From Chiloscyllium plagiosum (taxonomy: Eukaryota), in assembly GCF_004010195.1 (NCBI RefSeq), contig NC_057720.1, positions 18,601,887-18,665,886 of the forward strand: a DNA stretch of 64,000 nucleotides, read 5' to 3'. Positions 11,959 to 23,859 of the stretch are shown here, piece after piece. Within the stretch, counting starts at the first letter, position 1. Each line of letters begins with the position of its first letter. The notes beneath the pieces are model-generated. The model was not told the DNA's origin. It made no database searches and saw only the letters and a program-made list of their open reading frames with translations. A program made the translations under genes and the position numbers.

Positions 11959-12477
11959 TGTCATCTTGTGTTAAGTTGCAAGAACGACCAAGAATCCAAA
12001 GTATTAAGCAGCAGGAGCTTTATTTGTGAAATGTTTGCAGGCAGCAAGGTTGGACAAAGCTGTTTCGCACCCAAAATGGATCGTGACAGTCCATCATATT
12101 GACAAAATATACAACACTGTTGTTGTGGCCAATCTTCTGTTGCCATAGGCCAGCGCTATGAGAATGCAAAATCTAGAGGAAATGAAAACTCTGATCTAAA
12201 TTTTGAGGGGACGCATCAGTAAGCTCAGTTCCTAAAAATAATTCACTTGCATGTTGTAATAAATGATCGAATAGTGATTCATAGTCCTTCTGCTCCTCTC
12301 TAGCCATATCATGTTAAGTTTCATCTCTCATTTACTACAGGATTGAGAGCAACTATCTCAGCACAAATCTGGGTATCACAGTTGATGCTGTTTTTAAAAA
12401 AATAAGCTTTCCCGTATTATAATTTTATTTAGTTTGTAAAATAATCCTTTCTTTTGTTATTGCTCATGATTTCTTAG

Positions 12478-12680
12478 ATGACAGAAGGTCCATGGAACGG
12501 CACTTAGAAGAGGAGCGATGTAGGCCAATAGAAGTTGAGAAGCTGCAGGCACAATTACTAGATGCTGAGGCTACAATTTCAATGTTACAGACTCAGTTGA
12601 CTGAACAGATAAATAACTTCGAGCAGATACAAGAGCAACTTTCGGAAAAAAGCACATACATTGGGAATGTGGAAGAGGAG
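12478..12680 (+). CDS. CCDC18: Coiled-coil domain-containing protein 18-like, internal exon A (DRRSMERHLEEERCRPIEVEKLQAQ...GNVEEE)
   Basis: Polypyrimidine tract then ttcttag| acceptor; donor GAG|gttcgt at 12681; phase 1 in, phase 0 out; heptad E/Q/L/K-rich; joins exon B in frame. Confidence 0.75.
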
Positions 12681-14342
12681 GTTCGTTAAATTACACATTC
12701 ATATAAAGAAATGTTTCATTTACAGGTCCATGTTGATGGAGGGAGAAACAAAGCTGGGGGCCTAGGCCAAGGGCAGCACCGAGGCTCCTGATTTTGTCTC
12801 AGACCTGCACACGTGCACTTTCTTGTGTGAACTTGCATACTGCAGGATTGCAGGATGAGTCGACTCCCTCCTCCATTCTGGGGTGAACTGTAATGCCATT
12901 GTTTACTGACTTGACTGACGTTAACTCTCCCTATCATGAAGATTGAATCCAGAGAAACCTTTACTAAGTATAAATCATGCCCAGAGCTCTTTTGATGCAT
13001 TTTATCTATTTAACAAATATAAGATTTCCATATCAGTTGTATTGATTTATTAGTGCTATGATTGAGTTCTATTTTTGGCATATATATCTGGTAATTCAGA
13101 TGTTAAGAAAAGATGGTTTGAGATTGCACTTGCTGGTGATAAATGTTAATAGATTTTTGTTTTGGTGCTAGTAGTAGCAGCAGCAGCAGTAGTCCCTATA
13201 GTACCATTGCCACTATTCTTTGTTCATTATTAGGTTGTTTACAACTTCAAAGAAAGTTTGGACAGTGCATACTTTGAATTGTTTATGTTTCTAAACTGTT
13301 GACTGGAGATGGCAGATTGTATCTCCTACTATAATTCACCCAGTGCTGACATTGTGGAAATGTACATTTAAGTCATTCAAGGTCTTGTAGAACCATTCAT
13401 AGACATCGTGGCTATCCCTTGAGGTCAAGGGTGATGGTCTTCGTTCCATTGATCTATTTATCAGCTGTCAGGTGGCTTATGAGTCCAATCTTGGCTTTGA
13501 AATGTAGAACCGTTATAGTACAGAAGAAGACCATTCAACCAATTATGTCCATTCTTCTCTTCCCAAGGAGCAATTCATATATTTCCACTTCTTCACCTTT
13601 CCTCCATATCCCTGAACATTCCTCTTCTTCAGATATCTTGAACATTTAGATGGTGTAGAAAGATTTATGGCATAGAAGAAGGCTATCTGCCCATTGTGTC
13701 TGTGCCAAAATGAGCCAACTTAATTCTATGATAAAGCAATTAGTCCATGTCCCTGGAGGTTAAGGGACTTCAGCAGCATGTTCAGAGACCTTTCAAATGA
13801 GATGAGTCTTTCTGCCTCCACGACCCACTCAGGTACTAAATTCTAAACATTTACCAACCCTGGGTAACTCTCCATACCTTCTATCAATCTGTGCCCCCAA
13901 GTTGCCGATCCCTCTGCTAGGGAAATTATGGCAATTTCATCCATTCTATCCAGGACCCCCTCAAATTTGCACATTTCAGCTGGATTTGTAGAAAATGAGT
14001 TCCCTGATTGGGACTGTTAATCTGGTCCAATCAGGGAGCCCTTGCTAACATATAAAAGAAGGTGAATATCTCATACAAAAAGCAGTTGGTTCAGTTACCA
14101 CTTTGGCCCAAGCTTGATGGGGTGAAATTGATTGCAAGAGATTCATCTACATTGGCTCAACATTTTTAAATTTGAAAATGGCTACCTGAACAAAGTCCTA
14201 ATTAAATACCCAGAAGTCTTCCACGAAGGTCAAGGGACTACCAGAGGAGCCAAGGCCACATTACATGTCGACCAGGAAGCAATTCCATGATTCCACAAAG
14301 AACACCCACTGTAACTTGCCTTATAGGCAAAAACAGAGGCAG

Positions 14343-14469
14343 GAGAAAGTGAGGTCTGCAGATGCTGGAGATCAAAGTTGAAACTTTATTGCTGGAACAG
14401 CACAACAGGTCAGGCAGCATCCAGGGAACAGGAGATTCGACGTTTCGGGCACAGGCCCTTCTTCAGGAA
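14343..14469 (-). mobile_element. Solo PLE family A' pLTR insertion in the Gypsy fragment
   Basis: TSD aaaacagaggcag at 14330-14342 and 14468-14480; near-identical to 1741-1869. Confidence 0.87.
14436..14469 (-). ncRNA. Minimal hammerhead ribozyme (family A'), intact
   Basis: Reverse complement: ttc CTGAAGA AGGGCctgtGCCC GAAA CG TC gaa. Confidence 0.85.
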
Positions 14470-14779
14470 AACAGAGGCAGAAATCAGAAAGCTGGATAGT
14501 GAAGGAATCACCAAACTAGTCCAATTTGCAGAATGGTCAGCACCAGTTATACTGACCTATGAAGCCAGATGATATGGTGGAAGTGTTCTTTTACATGTTC
14601 TACAAGCAGGTCATGCCGAACAGAGTGCAGAATAGAGTGTTACAGCTGCAGAAAGAGTGTACAGAGAGAGATCAACATTAACATTTGAGAGATCCATTCA
14701 AACATCTGACAATAGCAAAGGAGAAGCTGTTATTGAATCTCCTTATATGTGTATTTCTAATGTTTATCAGGAAATGAAA

Positions 14780-17585
14780 CATTTTTGAACAGTAAAGTTT
14801 ACAGGATTCTTAAGGGGGAGGGAGAGCACCAAGAAGTTGTGGTACACATTGGTATCAATGACATAGATGGGGAAAGAGGGGAGGAACTGAAAAGAGAATA
14901 TAGGGAATTTGGTTGGAAGCCAGAAGGCAAAATGAGCAGAGTAGTAATTTCAGGATTGTTACCAGTGCCACATGCTAGTGAGGCTAGGAATACAGCACGA
15001 GTGCAGATGAACACGTGGTTGCTGGACTGGTGTAGGAGGGAGGGCTCTAGATATGTGGATCATTGGGATACCTTCTGGAGAAGGTGAGACCTATACAAGA
15101 AGGACGGGTTGCACCTGAACTGGAGGGGCACCAATATCCTGGGCGAGGGGTTTGCGAGAGCTCTTCGGGAGGGTTTAAACTAGATTGGCGGGTGGGAACC
15201 TGAGCTACGGATCAGATAATGGAGTAGGTAGTGAACAGCCAGATACAGCATACAGAGATAGGCACTTGATAGGGCAAAGGCGCAGTCAGAGTGATGGGTT
15301 GAAATGTGTCTACTTTAATGCAAGAAGTATCAGAAATAAGGGTGACAAATTCAGAGTATGGATAATCACTTGGAATTATGATGTTGTGGTCATTACGGAG
15401 TCTTCAATATCACGGGGGCAGGGATGATTGTTGGATGTTGCCAGGGTTTAGATGTTTCAAAAGAAATTGGGGGGAGTGGGGGAGGTAAAAGAGATGGAGG
15501 AGTGGCATTGCTAATCAGGAATAGTATCTCAGCTGAAGAAAGGGAGGTCGTCGTGGAGGGTTTGTCTATGAGTCAGTGTGGGTGGAAATCAGAAACAGGA
15601 TAGGACCAATCACTTTATTGGGTGTTTGGTACAGGCACCTCAATAGCAACAGAGACACACAGATTGGGAGGCAGATTTTGGAAAGGTGCAGAAATAACAG
15701 GATTGTTGTCATGGGTGACTTTAACTTGGCTAACATTGATTGGAACCTCCTTAGTTTAATATTTTGAATGGAGTAGTTTTTGTCATTTGTGTCCAGAAAG
15801 TGTTGCTGGTGCAATATGTAGATAACCCACTAGAGAGGAGGTCATATTGGATTTGGTGCTTGGCAACTAACCATGCCAAGTATCAGATCTCTCAGTGGGA
15901 GAGCATTTCAGTGAGAGAGATCACAACTCCCTAACCTTTACAATTCTCATGGAGAGGGATAGGAGCCAATGGTATGGGAAAGTTTTTAATTTGGTGGAGG
16001 AGGGGGGGGTGGAATTACAATGCTGTTAGGCAGGCTCTAGGGCGCTTAAATTGGGAACAGATGCTGTCACGAAAATGCACAACAGAAATGTGGAGGTTGT
16101 TTAGGAAGCACTTAGGATAGTGCTGGACAGGTCTGTTCCACTGAGGCAAGGAAGGGATGTTAAGGTGAAGGAACCTTGGGTTACAAGTGATGTGCAACAT
16201 CTACTCAAGTAGAAGAAGGAAGTTTACTTAAGGTTGAGGAAGCAAGGATCAGACATGGCTCTTGAGGGTAACAAGATAACCAAGAAGGAAGCAAAGAATA
16301 GACTTAGGAGAGTTAGAAGGGGGCATGAAAAAGCTTTAGCGAATAGGATTAATTAAAACCCAGAAGCATTCTACACTTATGTGAGGAACAAGAGGCTGAG
16401 CAGAGTGAGGGTAGGACCAGTCAGGGATAGTGGAGGGAACTTGCGCCTGGAGTTGGTGGAAGTAGGGCAGGTCCTTAATGAATACTTTGCTTCAGTATTC
16501 ACTACTGAGAAGGACCTTGATATTTGAGAACAGCGTGTCACAGACTGATATGCTTGAACAGGTTGATATTAGGAAGGAGGAAATGCTGAAGGTTTTGAAA
16601 ACTGTAGGATAAATAAGTCTCCTAGGCCAGATGGGATATACCCAAAGAGGGAAGAGATTGCTGCACCTTTGGCAATGACCTTTGCGTCCTCACTGTCCAC
16701 TGGAGTAGTGCCAAAGGGTGGAAAATATTATTCCTTTGTTCAAGAAGGGGAATAGGGATAACTCTGGGAATTATAGACCAGTCAATCTTATATCAGTGGT
16801 GGGTAATGTATTGGAGAGGATTCTGAGAGACAGGATTTATGATTACTTGGAAATAGTTTGATTAGAGATAGCATGGCTTTGCGGGGGGTAGGTCATGCCT
16901 CACAAACCTTATTGAATTCTTTGAGGATGAGTCAAAGCAAGTTGATGGAAGTAAAGCAGTGGATGTGGTTTACATGAATTTTAGTAAGGCGTTTGATAAG
17001 ATTCCCCATGGTAGGCTCATTCAGAAAGTAAGGAGGCATGGGATACAGGGAAGTTTGGTTGTCTGGATACAGAATTGGCTGGCCCATAGAAGCCAGCCAA
17101 TGGGCCAGCCAATTCTTGAAATTATTCACCCTGCAGCTTGGTGACCAGTGGTGTTCCGCAGAGATCTATTCTGGGACCTCTGCTCTTTGTGATTTTTATA
17201 AATGACTTGGATGAGGAATGGAAGGGTGGGTTAGTAAGTTTGTTGATGACGTGAACATTGGTGGAGTTGTGGATAATGTGGAAGGCTATTGTATGTTTCA
17301 ACAGGACAATGACAGAATGCAGAACTAGGTTAATAAGTGGCAGATGGAGTTCAACCTGGAAAAGTGTGAAGTGATTCACTTTGGAAGGTCAGATTTGAAT
17401 GCAGAATACAGGCAGGATTCTTGGCAGTGTGGAGGAACAGAGGGATCTTGGTGGTCCATGACCATAGTTGCCACTCAATTTGAAAGGATTATTAAGAAGG
17501 CATATGGTGTGTTGGCTTTCATTAGCAGGGGGATTGGGTTTAAGAACCATGAGGTTATGCTGCAGCTCTATAGAGCCCTGGTTAG
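14780..17585 (+). mobile_element. CR1 LINE: ORF1 esterase (SGNH) end, ORF2 APE endonuclease and RT, degenerate
   Basis: VVVHIGINDI...VVISGLLPVPHA (ORF1); CVYFNARSIRNK, VVMGDFN (APE); FSKAFDKIPH (RT). Confidence 0.9.
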
Positions 17586-17639
17586 TCCAAGCAGCAGTCT
17601 ACTCTTGATGATCAATGATGGGATGATATATCAACAATA

Positions 17640-18910
17640 CAATGAAGCAGTACTTGGTAAGCAATAACCTGCTCACTGACACTCATTTTGAGTTCTACTG
17701 AGCTCCTGACATCACTTTTCCAAACATGGTCAAATGAGATGAATTCTGGAGATGAGGTGAGAATATCTGCCTTTGACATCAGGGCAACATTTGACCGAGT
17801 GAGGCATTAAAGACCCCTAGCTGAAAAATGTGTTGCTGGAAAAGTGCAGCAGGTCAGGCAGCATCCAAGGAGCAGGAGAATCGACGTTTCAGGCATAAGC
17901 CCCCCCCTAGCAAAGCCACAGTGAATTAGAATCAGATTTGAAGCTTTTCATAAGTTGTAATCATACCTAGCACAAAGGAAGATGGCTTTGGTTATTGGTG
18001 AGAATCATCTTAGCTCCAGTCCATCTTGAGAGATGTTCCTCAGGCTAATGTATTAGGTGCAACTGTCTTCATCAGGTTTATCAATGACCTTTTCTACATT
18101 ATAAGATCAGAATTGGTATGGTAATCAGATCAGGCTCGGGATAATTGTCGTTGGTTGCACATTATTCGTGCCATTACTGCCAAGCAAGATCAGCAAGGGA
18201 GAATCTAACCATTTGTCTTTGACATTCCATGTCATTCCCTTCACTAAATCCCTCACCATCAATATCCTGGGAATTACCATTGACTAGAAATTGAGCTGGA
18301 TTAACCATGTAAGTACTATCGCAGCAGGTCAAAGGCTATGAATTCCACAGAGAGGAATTCTCCTTCCACCTCCCAAAATCTATCCACTATCCACGAGGCA
18401 CAAGTCAGGAGTGTAATGGAATAGTTCCCAGTTGTCTTGATGAATGCAGTTCCAACAACACTCAATATGTTTGACACATTCCAGGACAAAGCAGCTTGCT
18501 TGCTTGTCACCAAATCCATAAAATTTGATTCCCTCCACCACGGATGCACAGTAACAGCAATTTGTAACATTTACAAGATGCACTACCAAAATTTGTCAAG
18601 GCTCCTTTGCACTTTCCAACACCACTTTTGAAACCCACAACTACTGCCATCAGGAAAGACAAGAACAGCATATAGAAGGGAACACCACCATCTTCAAGTT
18701 CCCCCTCCAAGCCACTCACCCTCTGACTTTGAAATATATTGCTATCCCTTAATTGTCACTGGTTCAGAGGTCTGCAATTCTTTCTCTAATGGCATTGGTG
18801 TAAACCTACACCAAATGGACTGTAATGGATTAAAAAGGTCGCTCCCTTTCTCAAACGCAATTAGAAATGTATAGTGATCGCTGATTCAGCCAGCAACATC
18901 CCTCTCCACA
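17640..18910 (+). mobile_element. Old non-LTR retrotransposon (CR1/L2-group) RT to 3' end
   Basis: MNAVPTTLNMFDTFQDKAACL; same family as 23990-26155 and 56790-59570. Confidence 0.7.
17822..17903 (-). mobile_element. PLE family A pLTR scrap truncated within HHR stem II
   Basis: gcagcaggtcaggcagcatccaaggagcaggagaatcgacgtttcaggcataagccc; flanked by a cccctagc repeat. Confidence 0.7.
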
Positions 18911-19684
18911 AAGATTTTCAGCTTGCATTTACATAATATCACTCTACCCTCCATATTTCAGACCATTTATGCTGAAATCATCATCCATGCCTTTTGTCAT
19001 TTTCAAATTCTAGCCAGTTTCTTTGCTATGTTGACCACCATTCCATCCTGCACTGACCATATACTTCAGACCATTCAAAATGTTGGTACCTGTTTTCTGA
19101 CCTGAACCAAATCCTGCTCACTCCGGTCCCTTTGCTTGCTAATCTGTGTTAGTACGTGGTCTCTCAAAGCTTTAAATTTAAAACTTTGCCCATTATGTTT
19201 AAAATCCTTCAAAGACTTCTCTCTGGACCATGATCGCCATAGTGGCTAATTAATGAGAAAATTCTTGAAATATTGTGAGCAGTTCAGGACACTACACCTT
19301 AGAAAAAATGTTAAAGTTGGAGGTAAAGTAGTGCCGATTTAACAGAACAATAAGTAGACTTCAAGGATGGAATTACAAAGAGAGGTATCATGAACTGGGG
19401 TTGTATTCCCTCAAAATTAGTTTTGGAAGCAATGAATTAAGGTTTCACAGAAAAGGTATAGAATTTTGGAACTTGGTTCTACAAAGGAAAATTGATGCTT
19501 GATCAATTGTCAAATATATAACTGAGATTGATAGATTTCTATATGGAATTAAAAGGAAATAGATCACAGATCAGTCATTATCTCTAAACAGCAGAACAGA
19601 TTTAAGCACTGCATAATCTACACTTTTTTTTCTTTGCGTTGTTAGATTGTAGATGAACATGATACATAAATGATAGTGGAGTAA

Positions 19685-21300
19685 AAGAAGAACAAAGAAC
19701 AGTACAACATAGGAACAAGTTCTTCGGCCCTCCAAGCCTGTGTGGACACATTTTGCCCTTCCATGCTAAAACTGTCTTTGCTTACAGGATCCTTATCCCT
19801 CTATTCCCTTCCTATTCATATATTCATTTAGGTGCTGCTTGAATGCTGCTATTGTGTCTGCTCCTACCATCCCTGGCAGTGTGTTCCAGGTACTCACCAC
19901 CCTTTGTGTGAAAAACGTTGTGTCTTATCACCTTATCAAAAGCCTTCTGCAAGTTCAAGTCAACCACATCTACTGGCTCTCCTTTATCAACTCTACTAGT
20001 TACATTCTCAAAAAAAAATTCCAATAGGTTTGCCAAGCATGATTTCTGTTTTCCCTTGATGTAAATTCATGCTGACCTCGTCAAGTCCTATCACTACTTG
20101 CCAAATGCTATACTTTTGCATCTTTTATCATGGACTCCAGCATTTTCCCTACTGCCAATGTCAAGCTAACTGGTCTATAATTTCCCATTTCTTTCTATTT
20201 CCTTTTTTTTTAAGTAATTACATTAATAACCTTGTAATCCATAGAAACTGTTCCAGCTCGCCTCAAATTTTGACAGATGACCATCATTCCATCCTGTACT
20301 CTAAGACTTCCGTAATAGGCTGGGGTGTAGATTATCAACATAGGAGCAAATTACTGCAAATGTTAGAATCTCTACTGAAAGCAACGAATGCTGGAGATCA
20401 CAGTGAGTCAGACAGCATCTATTGAGAGACAGCAAGTTAACGTTTCAAGTCTAGATGATGCTGATGAAGAATCATCTACGTTTGAACTGTTAGCTTGGTG
20501 TCTCACCATTGATGCTGCCTAACCCACTGTGATCTCCAGCATTTGTAGTTTTCAGTGCAGATTATCAAGCCCTGGCCTTTTATCCCATCGATTTCCCCAA
20601 TACCATTTCCTTACAATACTAATTTGCTCCAGTTCTTCCCTGTCACGAGATCCTGTGTTCCCTGACATTTTTAGGAGTTTGTGAAGACTGAGACAGAATA
20701 TATATTGAACTGGTCTGCCTTTTCTTTGTTACCCCTGTTTCTGACTGTAAGGGACCTATTTTGTCACTCTCCATCTTAATGAGGAGTTCAATCATGTTCT
20801 TCCCCAAGGGGCCTTGCACAGCTAGATTGCTCATTGTTGGTTTCTCATTACACAGTACCCTGCCTAGGATGACCTGTAGTTGGTTTGTCAACATATTGAT
20901 CATGAAAACATCTTTTACACACTCAAAGAATTCCTTCTCCACTACATTGTTACTGATTTGATTTTTCAAACCCATGTGCGTATTAAAATTGCAGCTGTAT
21001 CTTTATTTCTTTTGTCTCTAATTTCTGCATTATTATTAGATAGAACCCCCACTATTGTTTTATGCTCAATTCTGTTGCTAAACTCTACTCAAAAGATTCT
21101 GCTTCATTGGAGTTAATATCCTTCCTCACTATTGTCTTAATGACATCTTTAATCAGCAATGTAGCCCCATTTCCTTTTCCTGTTGTCTTTCCTTACTAAA
21201 ACATGAATACCCTGGATCACATTGCAGCCACATATCCATAATTCTAACAATATTGTACTTCTTTTTGTCTGTTTTGCATGACTAATTCATCCACTTCATT
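19685..21300 (-). mobile_element. CR1 LINE fragments (3' end 19685-19915; older RT/APE pieces beyond)
   Basis: ORF 19824-20036 (NLLEFF.E.VTSRVDKGEPVDVV.L..QKAFDKV) and ORF 20643-20975. Confidence 0.75.
20339..20558. mobile_element. Older head-to-head inverted PLE pLTR pair (family D) with degenerate HHR at 20461-20495
   Basis: Arms 20370-20459 and 20470-20556 are inverted; ctgatgaagaatcatctacgtttgaactgttagc; TSD agattatcaa at 20329-20338 and 20559-20568. Confidence 0.75.
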
Positions 21301-21898
21301 GTGAATGGTCCATACATTAAGACACAAGGCCATGAGGTGTGTGTGTGGTTTTTTTTAACATATCATGAGGGACCCACAATAGTAGAAGAGCTACATTTCT
21401 TCACTTGACTGTTTCCTCTTCCCGCAACCCCTTTCTTATTGCTGCTATGTTGTACAGTGCCTTCTTTCAAGCTATTATCACCCCAGCAGTCTCCAGTACT
21501 AATTTGAGAGTGGCCAGATTCATTTGACTCTTGCACAGCCTGTCTCTTTGTAGCCACACGATGACTGCAACTACTGTACTACACACTGTGCTTGTGGATT
21601 GACAACTTCCTAAAATATTGTATCCGTTGCTCCCGATGCGGTCTCCTCTACATTGGGGAGACTGGACGCCTCCTAGCAGAGCGCTTTAGGGAACATCTCC
21701 GAGACACCCGCACCAATCAACCACATCGCCCAGTGGCTCAACATTTCAACTCCCCCTCCCACTCTGCCGAGGATATGGAGGTGCTGGTGATAGCTCATGT
21801 TTGAGGTAAAAACAATGACTGCAGATGCTGGTAACCAGATTCTGGATCAGTGGTGCTGGAATAGCACAGCAATTCAGGCAGCATCCGAGGACAGGCAA

Positions 21899-21934
21899 AA
21901 TCGACGTTTCGGGCAAAAGCCCTTCATCAGGAAT
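21899..21934 (-). ncRNA. Minimal hammerhead ribozyme (family A), minus arm
   Basis: Reverse complement: attc CTGATGA AGGGCttttGCCC GAAA CG TC gatt. Confidence 0.82.
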
Positions 21935-21970
21935 ATTCCTGATGAAGGGCTTTTGCCCGAAACGTCGATT
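21935..21970 (+). ncRNA. Minimal hammerhead ribozyme (family A), plus arm; predicted cut after C21966
   Basis: attc CTGATGA AGGGCttttGCCC GAAA CG TC gatt. Confidence 0.82.
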
Positions 21971-23232
21971 TTGCCTGTCCTCGGATGCTGCCTGAATTGC
22001 TGTGCTCTTCCAGCACCACTGATCCAGAATCTGATTTCCAGCATCTGCAGTCATTGTTTTTAACTTCCTAAAATATACCTTTGAGCGAATCATATTTTAA
22101 TAATTAATTTACTTGCTCTTAAACTTACCCAATGTGTAAAATGTAAATTTCTTTGCTCCTGGTTCAAGTCTATGCTTTAGTTTAGAAAGGGAAAAGAGAA
22201 GGACTCATGTGCCAATTACTTAATCTGTTTTCTCATGATTTCACACTTCGATAATTTTTCTTTTCCTTGAACCTAGTCCTTACTTCGCTCTGTTTTTTTT
22301 ACCTGCCACTGAAGTCTTAAACCTGGTCTTGGGTTTTTCTGCCACACTTCTAACCCGTTGGTCTTTGCTCCTGATCTGCTGAGTCCTCAAGTTTTGAGTT
22401 CCTTTTCTCAATCACAAAATTGTTGATTGTTTTATTCAACAGCGATTGGAAATTCTGGAAGCAGAAACATTCAGAAAAAAAAATGATTGATTATTTTTCA
22501 ACTGTGGCAAGTGTTAAGTCAGCTACAAACAAAGCCTGATGCTGCATTAATGTTACTTAGCAGATCTTTATCTCAAGACCAGAACCCATTTGACCAAATT
22601 CAGCTAATAAGTTTTCAAACCTTGCTCTGTTCCTAAAAATGCTGGGGCACTTTGAAGGAGAAAGTAACAATCAATGTTATATTCTAAAAGGCCATGTGGT
22701 GAAGGATTGAATTGGAGCTGATCTTTAAACATTTTATAAACATTTTTTTAAAGAAATACACATTACAAATATGCCTTTTCTAATCTCAATCACTGCAATT
22801 TTAGTCTCTCCTACTTATAGTAAGATAAGTGAATTTCCACATAATGCCCATATCTGCATAGAATTGAATGTAGTTAGTAATGTGTAGCAGAAGTTTTGTG
22901 CAAATAGCTACATGCTAAGGTTCCAGTGCTAATTTTCCCCCAGTGTCAGATTATAAAATTATAATAATACTCAGTTAACTTTATGCTCTCTTGTTAGGAT
23001 CCTTACTGTGCATACATATTGGGAATTCAGGAGTACTCAATTTTCTGAGCACTTAAAACAAGTTTCAAAAGTTTGTGTGCAGTAATGTGTGAAATATGCT
23101 GAAATATGTGGAGAATCTGCGTTGAGTGAAAGGAAATACAGTTATGTCAACTGTATTTGGTTAATTATTCATATCCAAAGATAAGTGTTTTGAAATACTT
23201 CTTAATATGTCCATATCACATTTGTTTCGCAG

Positions 23233-23343
23233 CTGAGGAAAACAAAAAGTCAGCTTGCCATAATGGAGAAACAGTTGGAGGAGAAAACCATTGTTTGCAC
23301 AACAAATGCAGTCAAAACAATCGAACATGAACAAGAGATTGCG
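23233..23343 (+). CDS. CCDC18: CCDC18-like exon B (LRKTKSQLAIMEKQLEEKTIVCTTNAVKTIEHEQEIA)
   Basis: tttcgcag| ... GCG|gtaaaa; 111 nt, phase 0/0; resembles recalled CCDC18 LEEKTIAYS...ELEQ segment. Confidence 0.85.
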
Positions 23344-23859
23344 GTAAAATTGGAATAATAATTTAATGACAACTATTGTGCAATGCTTACTTAGATTGTT
23401 AAAGTGAGGTATCACAACCACTTTAATTTCAGAAAAAGTCCTCGAAATATGGCAATTTCTTGACAATCATGTAGATATCTATGCTTATTGAAAATGAGAA
23501 CTTTGTTTAAAAACCCATGCATTTTTGAATTTTGTTCTTTTTCTACAGCTCAGAAAATAGAGATTTCCAGCATTTGCAACTATTAAATATTCAATTTTAT
23601 TTGCTTAATGGAGTTGTGACTTGGAAGCACTTTGTTTCATGTAGAGCTTGGAAACTCCAAAGTTTGTGTATTTATAAGACGAGTGATTGAACCTTTTAAG
23701 TTGAAAGCCATTTAAATCATGCTTTCATTTTACCCCAGAAATCATATTGAAATATGGTGTTTTCTTGTAGAATTCCAAGAGTGCACATCCTATTTACATT
23801 TTTTTCTTAAAGAATTACTTCTTCACATCTTTACCTAAAGGTGCAGATTATAATCCCAG

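Larger units (their letters stand above)
13995..14570 (+). mobile_element. Gypsy fragment (LTR-like piece plus protease-RT linker)
   Basis: ccaatcagggag...tataaaag LTR-like start; translated KYPEVFHEG.GTTRGAKATLHVD...EIRKLDSEGITKLVQFAEWSAPV. Confidence 0.65.
21619..22061. mobile_element. PLE family A insertion: GIY-YIG fragment plus 256-bp palindromic pLTR pair
   Basis: YCIRCSRCGLLYIGETGRLLAERFREHLRD...PVAQHFN; palindrome 21807-22062; TSD aacttcctaaaatat at 21604-21618 and 22062-22076. Confidence 0.9.

Noticed and set aside
21746..22093. Two nearly identical ORFs on opposite strands (MTADAGNQILDQW...)
   Set aside because: Trivial consequence of the DNA palindrome; non-coding pLTR sequence.
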